A stretch of 64,000 bases of DNA from an uncultured Chloroflexia bacterium (lineage in GTDB: Bacteria; Chloroflexota; Anaerolineae; Anaerolineales; Anaerolineaceae). The stretch lies in NCBI GenBank assembly GCA_963721535.1, contig CAVRKN010000020.1, positions 29,062 to 93,061 of the forward strand, given 5' to 3'. This document shows, piece by piece, positions 56,601 to 64,000 of this stretch. A program made the translations under genes and the position numbers. How positions within the stretch are numbered: position 1 is the stretch's first letter; each line of letters begins with the position of its first letter. The notes beneath the pieces were generated by a model. That model searched no databases. It saw only the letters and a program-made list of their open reading frames with translations, and was not told where the DNA came from.

Positions 56601-56942
56601 GATTTCCCGCTGGGATATCTCCTGTAGGTTGTACAACTCGGTAATGCGCTGTGCCAACTGGTTTTGCAGATCGTTGGCGTGTTGCAGGTGAGAAATTTCC
56701 CGCAAAATCCCGGCAACGATGAAGATCAAAAATACAACGGCTGCCAGGTCAATAACCCACAGCAAATGGTTTTGGGCATGCGCCAGGATAAAACCGCGTA
56801 CAGAGGAGGGAATGCCTTTGGTCGACATTTCAACCAGGGTGGCGGCAATCGGCAACGCCACTCCACCCAGGATTCCCACCACATACAGCCAATATTTTTT
56901 CAGGCTGGGAATGATGTTGGAATTTCCGGGTTGATTCGCCAT
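53694..56942 (-). CDS. Hybrid sensor histidine kinase (2 TM, PAS-PAS-HisKA-HATPase-REC-REC-Hpt)
   Basis: SHEIRTPLN, NLVSNAIKFT, DTGIG, GGTGLGL, LAEDNPVN...MDIQMP, AHNLKG. Confidence 0.92.
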   Translation of the reverse strand: MANQPGNSNIIPSLKKYWLYVVGILGGVALPIAATLVEMSTKGIPSSVRGFILAHAQNHLLWVIDLAAVVFLIFIVAGILREISHLQHANDLQNQLAQRITELYNLQEISQREIRVRHRAEANITRAKKEWEATFDAISDLIILIDSQGKIVRCNQATIQKLETTFDEVIGRSIDQIFPGVAEPIQKRVISKTTLIPMPSQFGWFEVGGFPFQLPGGQQGAIYIFRDIAQRKRDEAEIQRQKQYFEAIFQNSPVAIVTLDLSGGIVTLNPAFERLFGYSPGEVAGRRLEELITPPEYQDASQDYTRRIRRRDVKYGVSQRVTRSGETIEVEVFNVPVVVNNEQLGTLMLFHNITELVKARRKAEEADLAKSEYLANISHEIRTPLNGLIGMLNLTLDTDLSATQNEYLKTASDQAEALLTLLNDVLDLSKIEARHMQLEETNFDLRTILENVALTMSQRANDKGLELVCIVPPIVPTALRGDPNRLRQVLTNLVSNAIKFTERGEIVLGVHQEAVSGTTVTLGFSVQDTGIGIPADRQAAIFERFTQASDATSRKYGGTGLGLAISAQLVELMGGKLTVTSEANIGSVFSFTAIFNINGDNEPIPEDLSRRAKGLRVLIADANPNSRSNLTLLIEGVGCKVTSAATASALLSRLEKAVNTEKSYQLLILDDRLSGDVDYGIVDKLREDPRFIHLKIILLSRLGATISEARFKELDLSGVILKPIRWQPLQLVLLDLLTPPKKKTGQLPPLPVDTHASQAMHTANPQQVLLAEDNPVNRKVVINLLEKFGHTVTAVENGRQALEVLQTQGFNIILMDIQMPELDGNETTQRIRADESSEHHTPIIAMTAQTFTSEIQNLYASGMDAYLSKPVRPQELFDAIEQWSLPVPVKRPWVERAKKRTVSPFITNPESDKTASGEITDLDFAEFSSDFDQLILATSEPHPEDKEGVPPEQEEILARAVPSTHLAILGDPHYVQKILPRFGNDFSFFVVTFEEFVQQCRAHLLDIRSVIDANDAPGLKLLAHNLKGVAANFGAVKITTLAHELDALAGKGDLSTAAPLADAIEAAIPELEQNLIEIRANH

Positions 56943-57013
56943 CAGTTTTTCACAGGTTTATGATGAAACGAGGGCAGGTCGATGAGCGTGTGGTCGCTTT
57001 TCTCCCTTGGATT

Positions 57014-57030
57014 AGCAACTGATGCGCCAG
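57014..57030 (-). promoter_or_regulatory. Candidate sigma54 (-24/-12) promoter for the kinase gene
   Basis: Minus strand CTGGCGCATCAGTTGCT, GG-N10-GC spacing, about 70 nt upstream of ATG. Confidence 0.35.
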
Positions 57031-57228
57031 GTCGTCTTCATCGTACGATTCGAATAAAACCATGCCATAATGAATAAGCTTAACCGACCCTGATTCATTT
57101 CGCAAGCATTCACTTTTCTGGTTTCGCATGGAAGCTAAATTACCCCAAATTTGGTTCCAATTTCGTCATGAGCAGGGCTGGAAAACAAAGCAATGACGAA
57201 CGAACCCAGAATGATCTTAATATTATAA

Positions 57229-57257
57229 TTGACGGCAGATTAATTTGTCATTATAAT
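57229..57257 (+). promoter_or_regulatory. Sigma70 promoter for the K+ transport operon
   Basis: TTGACG-17 nt-TATAAT. Confidence 0.75.
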
Positions 57258-57307
57258 CGCTCCCTTTGTCGTCAATTTTAGGTCCTGGTAGAAACGGCCA
57301 TTAAACA

Positions 57308-59248
57308 ATGAATATCGAAGATAAGAGCGGCACGACGGTCCTCAGGCGCGATACCCAATTCAAACCCAAACCATCCTGGCGATCCTGGTTAATTGGAAGA
57401 CCTTTACCCACCGCCGATGCCCCTCACCAAACAATCGGCATTCCGATTGGGCTGGCCGTATTTGCCTCGGACGCATTATCCTCCTCAGCATACGGCACAC
57501 AGGAAATGCTGGTTATTCTGGCTGCACTCGGTACAACTTCTTACCGGTATGTATTCCCATTGTCGCTGGCAATCATTGTCTTGCTGACCATCGTTGTCAT
57601 CTCTTACGAGCAAACGATCCATGCCTACCCAAACGGAGGCGGTTCCTATATTGTTTCCCGCGACAATATGGGCGATTTACCGGCTAAAATTGCTGCCGCA
57701 GCTTTGTTGACGGATTACATCCTTACGGTAGCAGTGTCGATTTCGTCCGGAGTAGCCAACCTGGTTTCTGCTGTTCCGGGCCTGTTGGATTATCGGGTTT
57801 GGCTGGCGATCGCCATGGTGGTATTCATCATGTTGATCAATTTGCGTGGGGTTCGTGAATCGGGAAATGCCATCGCCATCCCAACCTACTTTTTCATCGT
57901 AGCTTCCCTGGTCGCGATAGGGGTGGGTCTGTATAAATATATTACCGGTTCACTTGGCACCGTAATTGACCCGCCAGAATTGGAAACAGTTCAGGCTACC
58001 AGCGGCGTGTTGATCTTTTTATTGTTGCGAGCCTTTTCCTCCGGCACCTCTGCCCTTACCGGTGTTGAAGCAGTTTCGAATGGCATTCCGGCTTTCAAGG
58101 AACCGCGCTCGAAGAATGCCGGCATTACGCTGATCATTATGGCTGTGATTTTGGCAGCCATGACCTTAGGAATTTCGTTCCTGACATCGCAAATTCATGC
58201 TGTGCCTTCTGAGCAGGAAACAGTTATTTCGCAAATTGTGCGAACAGCTTACGGAAACCGCGGCATCCTTTATCTGGCAACCGTCGTTTCCACGATGATC
58301 ATTCTAATCTTAGCTGCCAACACATCCTTTGCTGGTTTCCCCCGCTTGAGCGCAATTGTGGCGATAGATGGTTTCTTACCGCGTCAATTGGCATACCGCG
58401 GCAGCCGCCTGGTTTATTCGAATGGAATTGCGCTGCTGGCAGTGGTGGCAGCAGTCCTCATTCTGGTTTTTAATGCCAGCGTCACGCGTTTGATTCCACT
58501 GTATGCCATAGGCGTATTCTTATCTTTTACCCTGTCACAATTCGGCATGGCGATACGCTGGAAAAAAATTGGAAAACTCAAGCCAGGTCAGGAAACCAAA
58601 GAACGTGGTTCGACACTGGTTTATGAATCAGGCTGGCAGTTAAAAATGATCATTAATGCCATCGGCGCTGTGCTTACTGGCATCGTCATGATGGTTTTTG
58701 CCATTACAAAATTTTCTCAAGGCGCTTATATCGTTATTATCATCATTCCGCTCATGGTGATCCTCTTTTCTAATATCCACCGGCATTACAAAAATCTGGC
58801 GAGCGATCTGAGCCTGGATAATGTTGGTACGCCGCCATATGTTCACAGTCAGCGTGTAATCCTGCCAATAGGCGGTGTGCATCGCGGCACACTGGCAGCC
58901 TTGCGTTATGCCCGCACCCTCAGTGACGACATCACCGCGGTGCACGTTTCGATTGATCCGGAAGAAACCGCGCGCATTCAGCAAAAGTGGGAGACCTGGG
59001 GTGATGGTCACCGCTTAGTTATCCTGGATTCGCCTTTCCGCACGTTCATGGAGCCGCTGCTGGAATACGTGGATGAGATCGATGCCTTAAAGCAACCTAA
59101 AGAAGTGATCACCATTGTGGTGCCGGAATTTGTTCCGCGGCACTGGTGGTCGAATATGCTGCATACAAAAACCGCTTCAACCTTGCGCGATGCGCTGCAT
59201 TTCCGTAAGGATATTGTCATCACCAACGTCCCGTACCAGGTGGACTAG
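57308..59248 (+). CDS. APC-superfamily permease, KimA/YdaO-like K+ transporter
   Basis: FASDALSSSAYG, AYPNGGGSY, ALTGVEAVSNG, LIPLYAIGVF, cytosolic C-terminal domain (ALRYAR...LVILDSPFR...VPEF). Confidence 0.85.
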   Translation: MNIEDKSGTTVLRRDTQFKPKPSWRSWLIGRPLPTADAPHQTIGIPIGLAVFASDALSSSAYGTQEMLVILAALGTTSYRYVFPLSLAIIVLLTIVVISYEQTIHAYPNGGGSYIVSRDNMGDLPAKIAAAALLTDYILTVAVSISSGVANLVSAVPGLLDYRVWLAIAMVVFIMLINLRGVRESGNAIAIPTYFFIVASLVAIGVGLYKYITGSLGTVIDPPELETVQATSGVLIFLLLRAFSSGTSALTGVEAVSNGIPAFKEPRSKNAGITLIIMAVILAAMTLGISFLTSQIHAVPSEQETVISQIVRTAYGNRGILYLATVVSTMIILILAANTSFAGFPRLSAIVAIDGFLPRQLAYRGSRLVYSNGIALLAVVAAVLILVFNASVTRLIPLYAIGVFLSFTLSQFGMAIRWKKIGKLKPGQETKERGSTLVYESGWQLKMIINAIGAVLTGIVMMVFAITKFSQGAYIVIIIIPLMVILFSNIHRHYKNLASDLSLDNVGTPPYVHSQRVILPIGGVHRGTLAALRYARTLSDDITAVHVSIDPEETARIQQKWETWGDGHRLVILDSPFRTFMEPLLEYVDEIDALKQPKEVITIVVPEFVPRHWWSNMLHTKTASTLRDALHFRKDIVITNVPYQVD

Positions 59249-59274
59249 GAATTATTGTGCAAAAAGGAACGACC

Positions 59275-59934
59275 ATGAAAATTCTTGTGGTAGGGTGCGG
59301 CAGGCTGGGTGCTGATCTGGCATATCGCCTCTCCAAAGCTGGAAATAACGTGGCGGTAATTGACGCCAACGAGGCAGCTTTCAATAAACTCCCGTCAGAT
59401 TTTATCGGGCGGATCCATGAAGGGAATGGATTACAACAGGACGTGCTGATTCGAGCCGGAATTGAAGGCGCCGATGGCTTGGCAGCCGTTACCGATTCGG
59501 ACGCAATCAATGCGGTCGTGGCGCGCGTGGCGCATGAAAAATATCACATTCCGCAAGTGGTTGCCCGCAATTATGATCCCACTCTGCGCCCTCTCTATGA
59601 AGGCATGGGGCTTCAGGTCATCAGTTCCACCAGCTGGGGGGCTCAGCGGGTAGAAGAACTGCTGTACGACGCCAGTTTTTACTCGGTATTTTCAGCCGGC
59701 AATGGCGAGGTGGAAGTTTATGAATTTAAAATTCCGCAATCCTATGCTGGAAAGAAATTGGGCGAGTTGTTGAAGGATGGGATCTGTATACCCATCGCCC
59801 TGACACGATCCGGAAAAGCCGTCCTGCCTGATCCGGAGATGGTTCTGGCTGCCGAGGATGTCATTCACTTTAGCGCGACGTTCGAAGGCGTCAATCATCT
59901 TCGCACCCGCCTGGAAGGTAAAGAGGAGGCCTGA
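59275..59934 (+). CDS. TrkA family RCK regulatory protein 1
   Basis: VGCGRLG Rossmann motif, AVTDSDAIN, TrkA-C tail. Confidence 0.88.
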   Translation: MKILVVGCGRLGADLAYRLSKAGNNVAVIDANEAAFNKLPSDFIGRIHEGNGLQQDVLIRAGIEGADGLAAVTDSDAINAVVARVAHEKYHIPQVVARNYDPTLRPLYEGMGLQVISSTSWGAQRVEELLYDASFYSVFSAGNGEVEVYEFKIPQSYAGKKLGELLKDGICIPIALTRSGKAVLPDPEMVLAAEDVIHFSATFEGVNHLRTRLEGKEEA

Positions 59935-59935
59935 A

Positions 59936-60619
59936 ATGTTTGTCATCATCACTGGCGGCGGACGTACGGGCGCTCAACTGGCGCGGATATTATTGGCTGA
60001 GAACCACCAGGTACGGTTAATTGAAAATCGGCGATCGATTTTAGAGCACATTCATCGGGAATTGCCAACCGAGGTAATTTATGAAGGCAATCCGATTGAC
60101 CCCACCGTCCTGGAGGCTGCCGGCGCTTCCACCGCTGACGTCCTGGCAGCCTGCACGACCGAGGATGAGGCCAATCTGATCATTTGCTACCTGTCGCGCA
60201 AGGATTTCAAGATTCCACGTACCATTGCGCGCATCAATAATCCGCGTAATGCCTGGCTTTTCGACGGCACCTTCCATGTAGATGTCGCTGTCAATCAGGC
60301 TTCGATTATGGCATCCGTCATTGAAGAAGAAATGTCGATGGGTGACATGATGACGCTGCTCAAGCTACGGCGTGGCAATTATTCGCTGGTAGAAGAAAAA
60401 ATTCCGGAAGGCGCTCCGGCCATCGGTCAGCAGATCAAAGACATTCAACTGCCGGAACAATGCGTAATTGCCGCCATCATCCGGAATGGGGAAGTCGTGG
60501 TGCCGCGCGGTGCCACAGTATTTGAGGCTGGTGATGAAGTCCTGGCAGTCACCGATGCGGATGGGGCGCACCAACTGGCTAAATTCTTTACAGGCTTACG
60601 CAAAAATAACGGCCGCTAG
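59936..60619 (+). CDS. TrkA family RCK regulatory protein 2
   Basis: TGGGRTG, TTEDEANL, ARINNPRN, TrkA-C; SD GAGGAGG. Confidence 0.88.
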   Translation: MFVIITGGGRTGAQLARILLAENHQVRLIENRRSILEHIHRELPTEVIYEGNPIDPTVLEAAGASTADVLAACTTEDEANLIICYLSRKDFKIPRTIARINNPRNAWLFDGTFHVDVAVNQASIMASVIEEEMSMGDMMTLLKLRRGNYSLVEEKIPEGAPAIGQQIKDIQLPEQCVIAAIIRNGEVVVPRGATVFEAGDEVLAVTDADGAHQLAKFFTGLRKNNGR

Positions 60620-60635
60620 AATCAACACAATTCCT

Positions 60636-60664
60636 TTGACCATTATGCCGGCATAAGGTATAAT
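60636..60664 (+). promoter_or_regulatory. Sigma70 promoter of the rpmH operon
   Basis: TTGACC-17 nt-TATAAT. Confidence 0.75.
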
Positions 60665-60677
60665 ATCCGACTGCCAA

Positions 60678-60786
60678 ATGGCATGATCGCACCTGTGGGT
60701 TGCGGAAATGGCTAAACAACCAGGTTTTATCCATGTTTGGCGATTTGCGCAGAACACAGCGGTGCCATAACCTCCTTTTGAAAGGA
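60678..60786 (+). promoter_or_regulatory. Structured 5' leader of rpmH
   Basis: Nested pairings ATGGCA/TGCCAT, CTGTG/CACAG, TTGCG/CGCAG, AAAT/ATTT, GCTAAACA/TGTTTGGC, then TCCTT/AAGGA covering the SD. Confidence 0.45.
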
Positions 60787-60793
60787 TTGTTTA

Positions 60794-60970
60794 ATGAGTA
60801 CCAAACGGACTTATCAACCAAAAATCCGCCGCCGTGTTCGAGTCCATGGCTTCCGCGCCCGTATGGCTACCGCTGACGGTCGCGAAGTATTAAAGCGCCG
60901 CCGCCTGCGTGGCCGCGTCCACCTGACCGTCTCCAAAAACAACCACGTCAAGAAAACTGTACGCTGGTAG
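60794..60970 (+). CDS. rpmH: 50S ribosomal protein L34 (not in ORF track)
   Basis: [58 protein letters not shown]. Confidence 0.96.
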   Translation: MSTKRTYQPKIRRRVRVHGFRARMATADGREVLKRRRLRGRVHLTVSKNNHVKKTVRW

Positions 60971-61033
60971 GCGGTCATCCTGTCTTGGTCCATCCATTAA
61001 TCGGAAGGGACAACAAAACGGACAGGTACATGG

Positions 61034-61412
61034 GTGAAACGCGCGTTTCGGCTAAGGCAATCCACCGACTTTACCCGGGTGCGGCGAAATGGGAAATCAT
61101 TTCCGCACCCGTTAGTCGTATTGTTGACATTGCCCAATCCAGCGGGTGGGTTGCGTATTGGTGTTTCGGCCGGCAAAGTGGTCGGAACTGCCGTTCTTCG
61201 CAACCGAGCCAAACGTCAAATCCGGGCAGCGATCGATCTGCTTATTGCCCTCACTGCAGCCAGGCTGGGACCTGATATTTTTAGCGCGTGCACCCATTCG
61301 GGAAGCTAAGTTTGACCAAATTTTGGCTGGGATACGGACTGTGCTCCTCCGGGCAGGCCTGCTCCAGCGAGAAAGCGCCGAGTTGAATGATCGAGCACGA
61401 TTATCCCAATGA
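61034..61412 (+). CDS. rnpA: Ribonuclease P protein component, apparent +1 frameshift near 61244
   Basis: RL...DF, RIGVSAGK.VG.AV.RNR.KR motif; continues as LPSLQPGWDLIFLAR in the next frame. Confidence 0.9.
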
Positions 61413-61665
61413 ACCGCGATTGCGGGATTTGCCGTTTAATTTCCAGACGGCCCTGCGCTGGGTTCTCCTTGGGTTGATTCGCCTTTATCAGAAAACGGTT
61501 TCCCCTTCTCTGCCTTCCAACACCTGCCGTTTTTATCCCTCCTGTTCCCACTACGGCTACCAGGCCATCTATAAATTCGGCGCCTGGCGTGGTGGAGTGA
61601 TGGCATTTTGGCGCGTCTTGCGCTGCAACCCCTGGAATTCAGGCGGTTATGACCCTGTTCCCTGA
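61387..61665 (+). CDS. yidD: Membrane protein insertion efficiency factor
   Basis: LIRLYQ..SP, CRFYPSCS.Y, RVLRCNPW..GGYDPVP. Confidence 0.95.
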   Translation: MIEHDYPNEPRLRDLPFNFQTALRWVLLGLIRLYQKTVSPSLPSNTCRFYPSCSHYGYQAIYKFGAWRGGVMAFWRVLRCNPWNSGGYDPVP

Positions 61666-61719
61666 TTGTCAAGATTCATCAGGAATTGGGATTTACCTCT
61701 CGCATCTCTACCACACGGA

Positions 61720-62773
61720 ATGAACAAAAGAAAAATCACTCTCATCTCTACCGTGATCCTGGCAGCAATTCTGCTTACGGCTTGTTCGTCTGGACTTTCC
61801 GGGAGCAGCTGGCCAGGCATCTCAACCAACGGTGACACGTTTTACCTTGCCAATTCGGCGCATGTTTACGCCATTCGCGCAACTGACGGCAGCCAGATCT
61901 GGCGTTTCCCAGACAAACCCACCCGCACCATGTATTTCGCGGCGCCAGCACTGGTTGATGACCCAACTAATTGTTGGAGATTATCAGAAAATCCTGCACA
62001 GCCTGAATCCGGCGACTGGCAGCGAAAATTGGACATTCACGGCCAAAGGGCCATGGATTGCCAGCCCATTGATCGTCGACAGCACCATCTACGCTCCCAA
62101 TGGCGATGGAAATTTGTACGCCCTCGATCTGAACGGCAAACAAATGTGGAAGTTCACCGCCCAGCGAGCACTGTGGTCGCAACCGGTCGGGGATGGCAGT
62201 ACCATCTACCAGGCTTCGATGGATAAAAACATCTACGCTATCGACCCGGCAACCGGTTCTTTGAAATGGTCCAAAAGCCTGGGCGGTGCGGTCATTTATT
62301 CACCAACCTTGAGTGATGACGGTACCCTTTACGTCGCCACCATGGCACGTGAATTGATCGCGCTCAATACGGCTACGGGAGATATCCTTTGGCAGCGTAA
62401 GTTCGATCAAAGCCTGTGGAGCCAACCGGCATTGCACGAGGACACCCTGTTCTTTGGCGATCTGGGCGGTAAAGCCTACGGCATTAACCGGCTTGACGGC
62501 AAGGATATTTGGTCGCAGGCGTTGAATGAACCCGTCACCGGCAAACCGACCATCACTGATGATTCGGTGATTTTTGCCACGGAGAATGGCACCCTGGCAG
62601 CCTTTAGCTTTACCGGGGAGCGTAAGTGGACGGAGACAGTCACTGGCAAGTTGTATAACGGGCCGGTGCTGTTCAATGACAAACTATTGGTTGGTGTTGC
62701 ACTGGGTGAAAGTCCGCTGGTGCTCAAGACCAACTTAGGCCAGAACGTTTGGTCCTTTATCCCGCCGAAGTAG
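61720..62773 (+). CDS. PQQ-like/BamB-like beta-propeller lipoprotein, apparent +1 frameshift near 61963
   Basis: Lipobox LLTAC; repeated LYALD..G...W.F and SP motifs; deleting one C at GAC-C-CAA fuses the two ORFs. Confidence 0.85.
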
Positions 62774-62782
62774 GAGCGAACC

Positions 62783-63586
62783 ATGAATATCTGGGATTCG
62801 TTAATTATCACGCCGTTTATCAACGTGCTGTTGTTCATCTACAACCTGATTGGGCAGAACTTTGGCGTTGCGATCATCCTGTTCACCCTGCTCATCCGAC
62901 TCATCACCCACCCTTTGATGGTGAAACAAATCAAGGGCGCTCAGGGTATGCAGGATTTGCAGAAGAATGAAAAATGGATCAAAATCCAGGAAAAATACAA
63001 AGGCGACAAAGAAAAACTGGCTCAGGAACAAATGGCCATGTACAAGGAACTGGGCATCAACCCCTTTGCCTCCTGCCTGCCGACCCTTATTCAGCTGCCA
63101 ATCATCTTTGGTCTTTACCAGGCGGTTATTTACGCCATGGCAACCACTCCGATTGACCTTTTGAACCTTGTTCGCCACATTTACCCCGGTTTGTTGAAAG
63201 TCGAGTCGCTAATCCCACTCAACAATCACTTCCTGTGGATGGATCTTTCGCAACCGGAACGACTCAATATTCCTGGACTCGAATTCGGCATCCCGGTAAT
63301 GGTCGTCGTCGTTGTGCTGACCACCTATATCCAGGGCAAGTTGATCCAACCGCCAGCTGCCAATCCTAAGGACCAGACGGCAGCCATGAGCGGCATGATG
63401 AACCTCTACATGCCAGTGTTCATGGGTTACCTGGCTTATACCCTGGCCTCCGGGCTGGCGCTGTACTTTGTGGCTTCCAACCTGGTCGGTATTGCACAAT
63501 ATGCCTTGCTGGGTCGTGTAAACTGGGCCAATGTTTTTCCGTTCCTGAAGAAAAAGAACGAAATCGTCGTCAAAGCGAAGAAATAG
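62783..63586 (+). CDS. yidC: YidC/Oxa1 membrane protein insertase
   Basis: FGVAIILFTLLIR, KYK.D, YKE.GINP..SCLP.LIQLPI, FLWMDLS.P, SGLALY. Confidence 0.95.
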   Translation: MNIWDSLIITPFINVLLFIYNLIGQNFGVAIILFTLLIRLITHPLMVKQIKGAQGMQDLQKNEKWIKIQEKYKGDKEKLAQEQMAMYKELGINPFASCLPTLIQLPIIFGLYQAVIYAMATTPIDLLNLVRHIYPGLLKVESLIPLNNHFLWMDLSQPERLNIPGLEFGIPVMVVVVVLTTYIQGKLIQPPAANPKDQTAAMSGMMNLYMPVFMGYLAYTLASGLALYFVASNLVGIAQYALLGRVNWANVFPFLKKKNEIVVKAKK

Positions 63587-63650
63587 TCAATGAAGGCTTA
63601 AAAGGCCCATTACTCGTCACATCCAGAGAAAAGCAATCAATGAGGCAGAG

Positions 63651-64000
63651 ATGAGTCAAGAAACAACAACATTGGAAATCATCGCATCATCCGTTGAAGA
63701 AGCGGTTGCCAAGGGGCTAAGTCAGCTCGGATTGCCGGAAAGCGCGGTTGAGGTGGAGGTTTTAGACCAGGGCAACAAGGGTTTCCTCGGTCTGGGAACT
63801 CGCCTGGCACGCGTCCGGCTGAAGATCAAGGATCTTTCCAAAAGCACTAATTTGGATGCCAAACCAGCTCCCCGCAAGGCACCAGCCCGTCCCAAACCCG
63901 TGGTCGATGTGGAACCAGCTCCGGTCAAAAAAGAAGCCGCCCCAAGTGAAGGCGACGCCGATCTGGAACCTGCGCTGGCGATCGCGGAGCAGGTGGTCGG
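63651..64000 (+). CDS. jag: Jag/KhpB (EloR) RNA-binding protein, 3'-truncated
   Basis: TLEIIASSVEEAVAKGLSQLG...VEVLDQGNKGFLGLG.R.ARVR Jag N-terminal domain; follows yidC. Confidence 0.9.
   Translation, partial: MSQETTTLEIIASSVEEAVAKGLSQLGLPESAVEVEVLDQGNKGFLGLGTRLARVRLKIKDLSKSTNLDAKPAPRKAPARPKPVVDVEPAPVKKEAAPSEGDADLEPALAIAEQVV

Noticed and set aside
56950..57307. c-di-AMP (ydaO) riboswitch before the KimA-like gene
   Set aside because: No GCTGAA...GGAAC...GGGTGAA pattern, and the promoter is only about 50 nt from the ATG
60727..60736. DnaA box / oriC upstream of rpmH
   Set aside because: A single imperfect TTATCCATG only, with no cluster or adjacent dnaA

Overview
64 kb of mostly core chromosome from a bacterium that looks like Chloroflexota, class Anaerolineae. 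This is an inference from the dcw layout, a C-terminal YLPLLLR motif and the overall gene content. Main blocks: (1) rubrerythrin, lysA and a Ca/Mn-type P-type ATPase preceded by a recognisable yybP-ykoY riboswitch with its terminator. (2) A full dcw cluster from mraZ to ftsZ. It lacks murE, carries an inserted CvpA-type gene and an unannotated 63-aa ORF, and is followed by a 6S-RNA-like structured element. (3) cysS and comM. (4) A tandem trio of paralogous secreted acidic beta-propeller-like proteins, each apparently with a different surface-anchoring signal; the largest carries two copies of an unrecognised acidic repeat domain. (5) Metabolic and housekeeping genes. (6) A hybrid histidine kinase next to a REC-CpaE/MinD-like protein. 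(7) A KimA-like K+ transporter with two TrkA proteins. (8) The rpmH-rnpA-yidD-(PQQ/BamB-like lipoprotein)-yidC-jag operon with a long structured leader. At least seven genes, including the normally essential ftsI and rnpA, carry frameshifts, mostly 1-nt and in short homopolymers, which most likely reflects long-read or assembly error. I saw no tRNA, rRNA, CRISPR array, transposase or integrase. All calls come from reading motifs by eye; no database searches were run.
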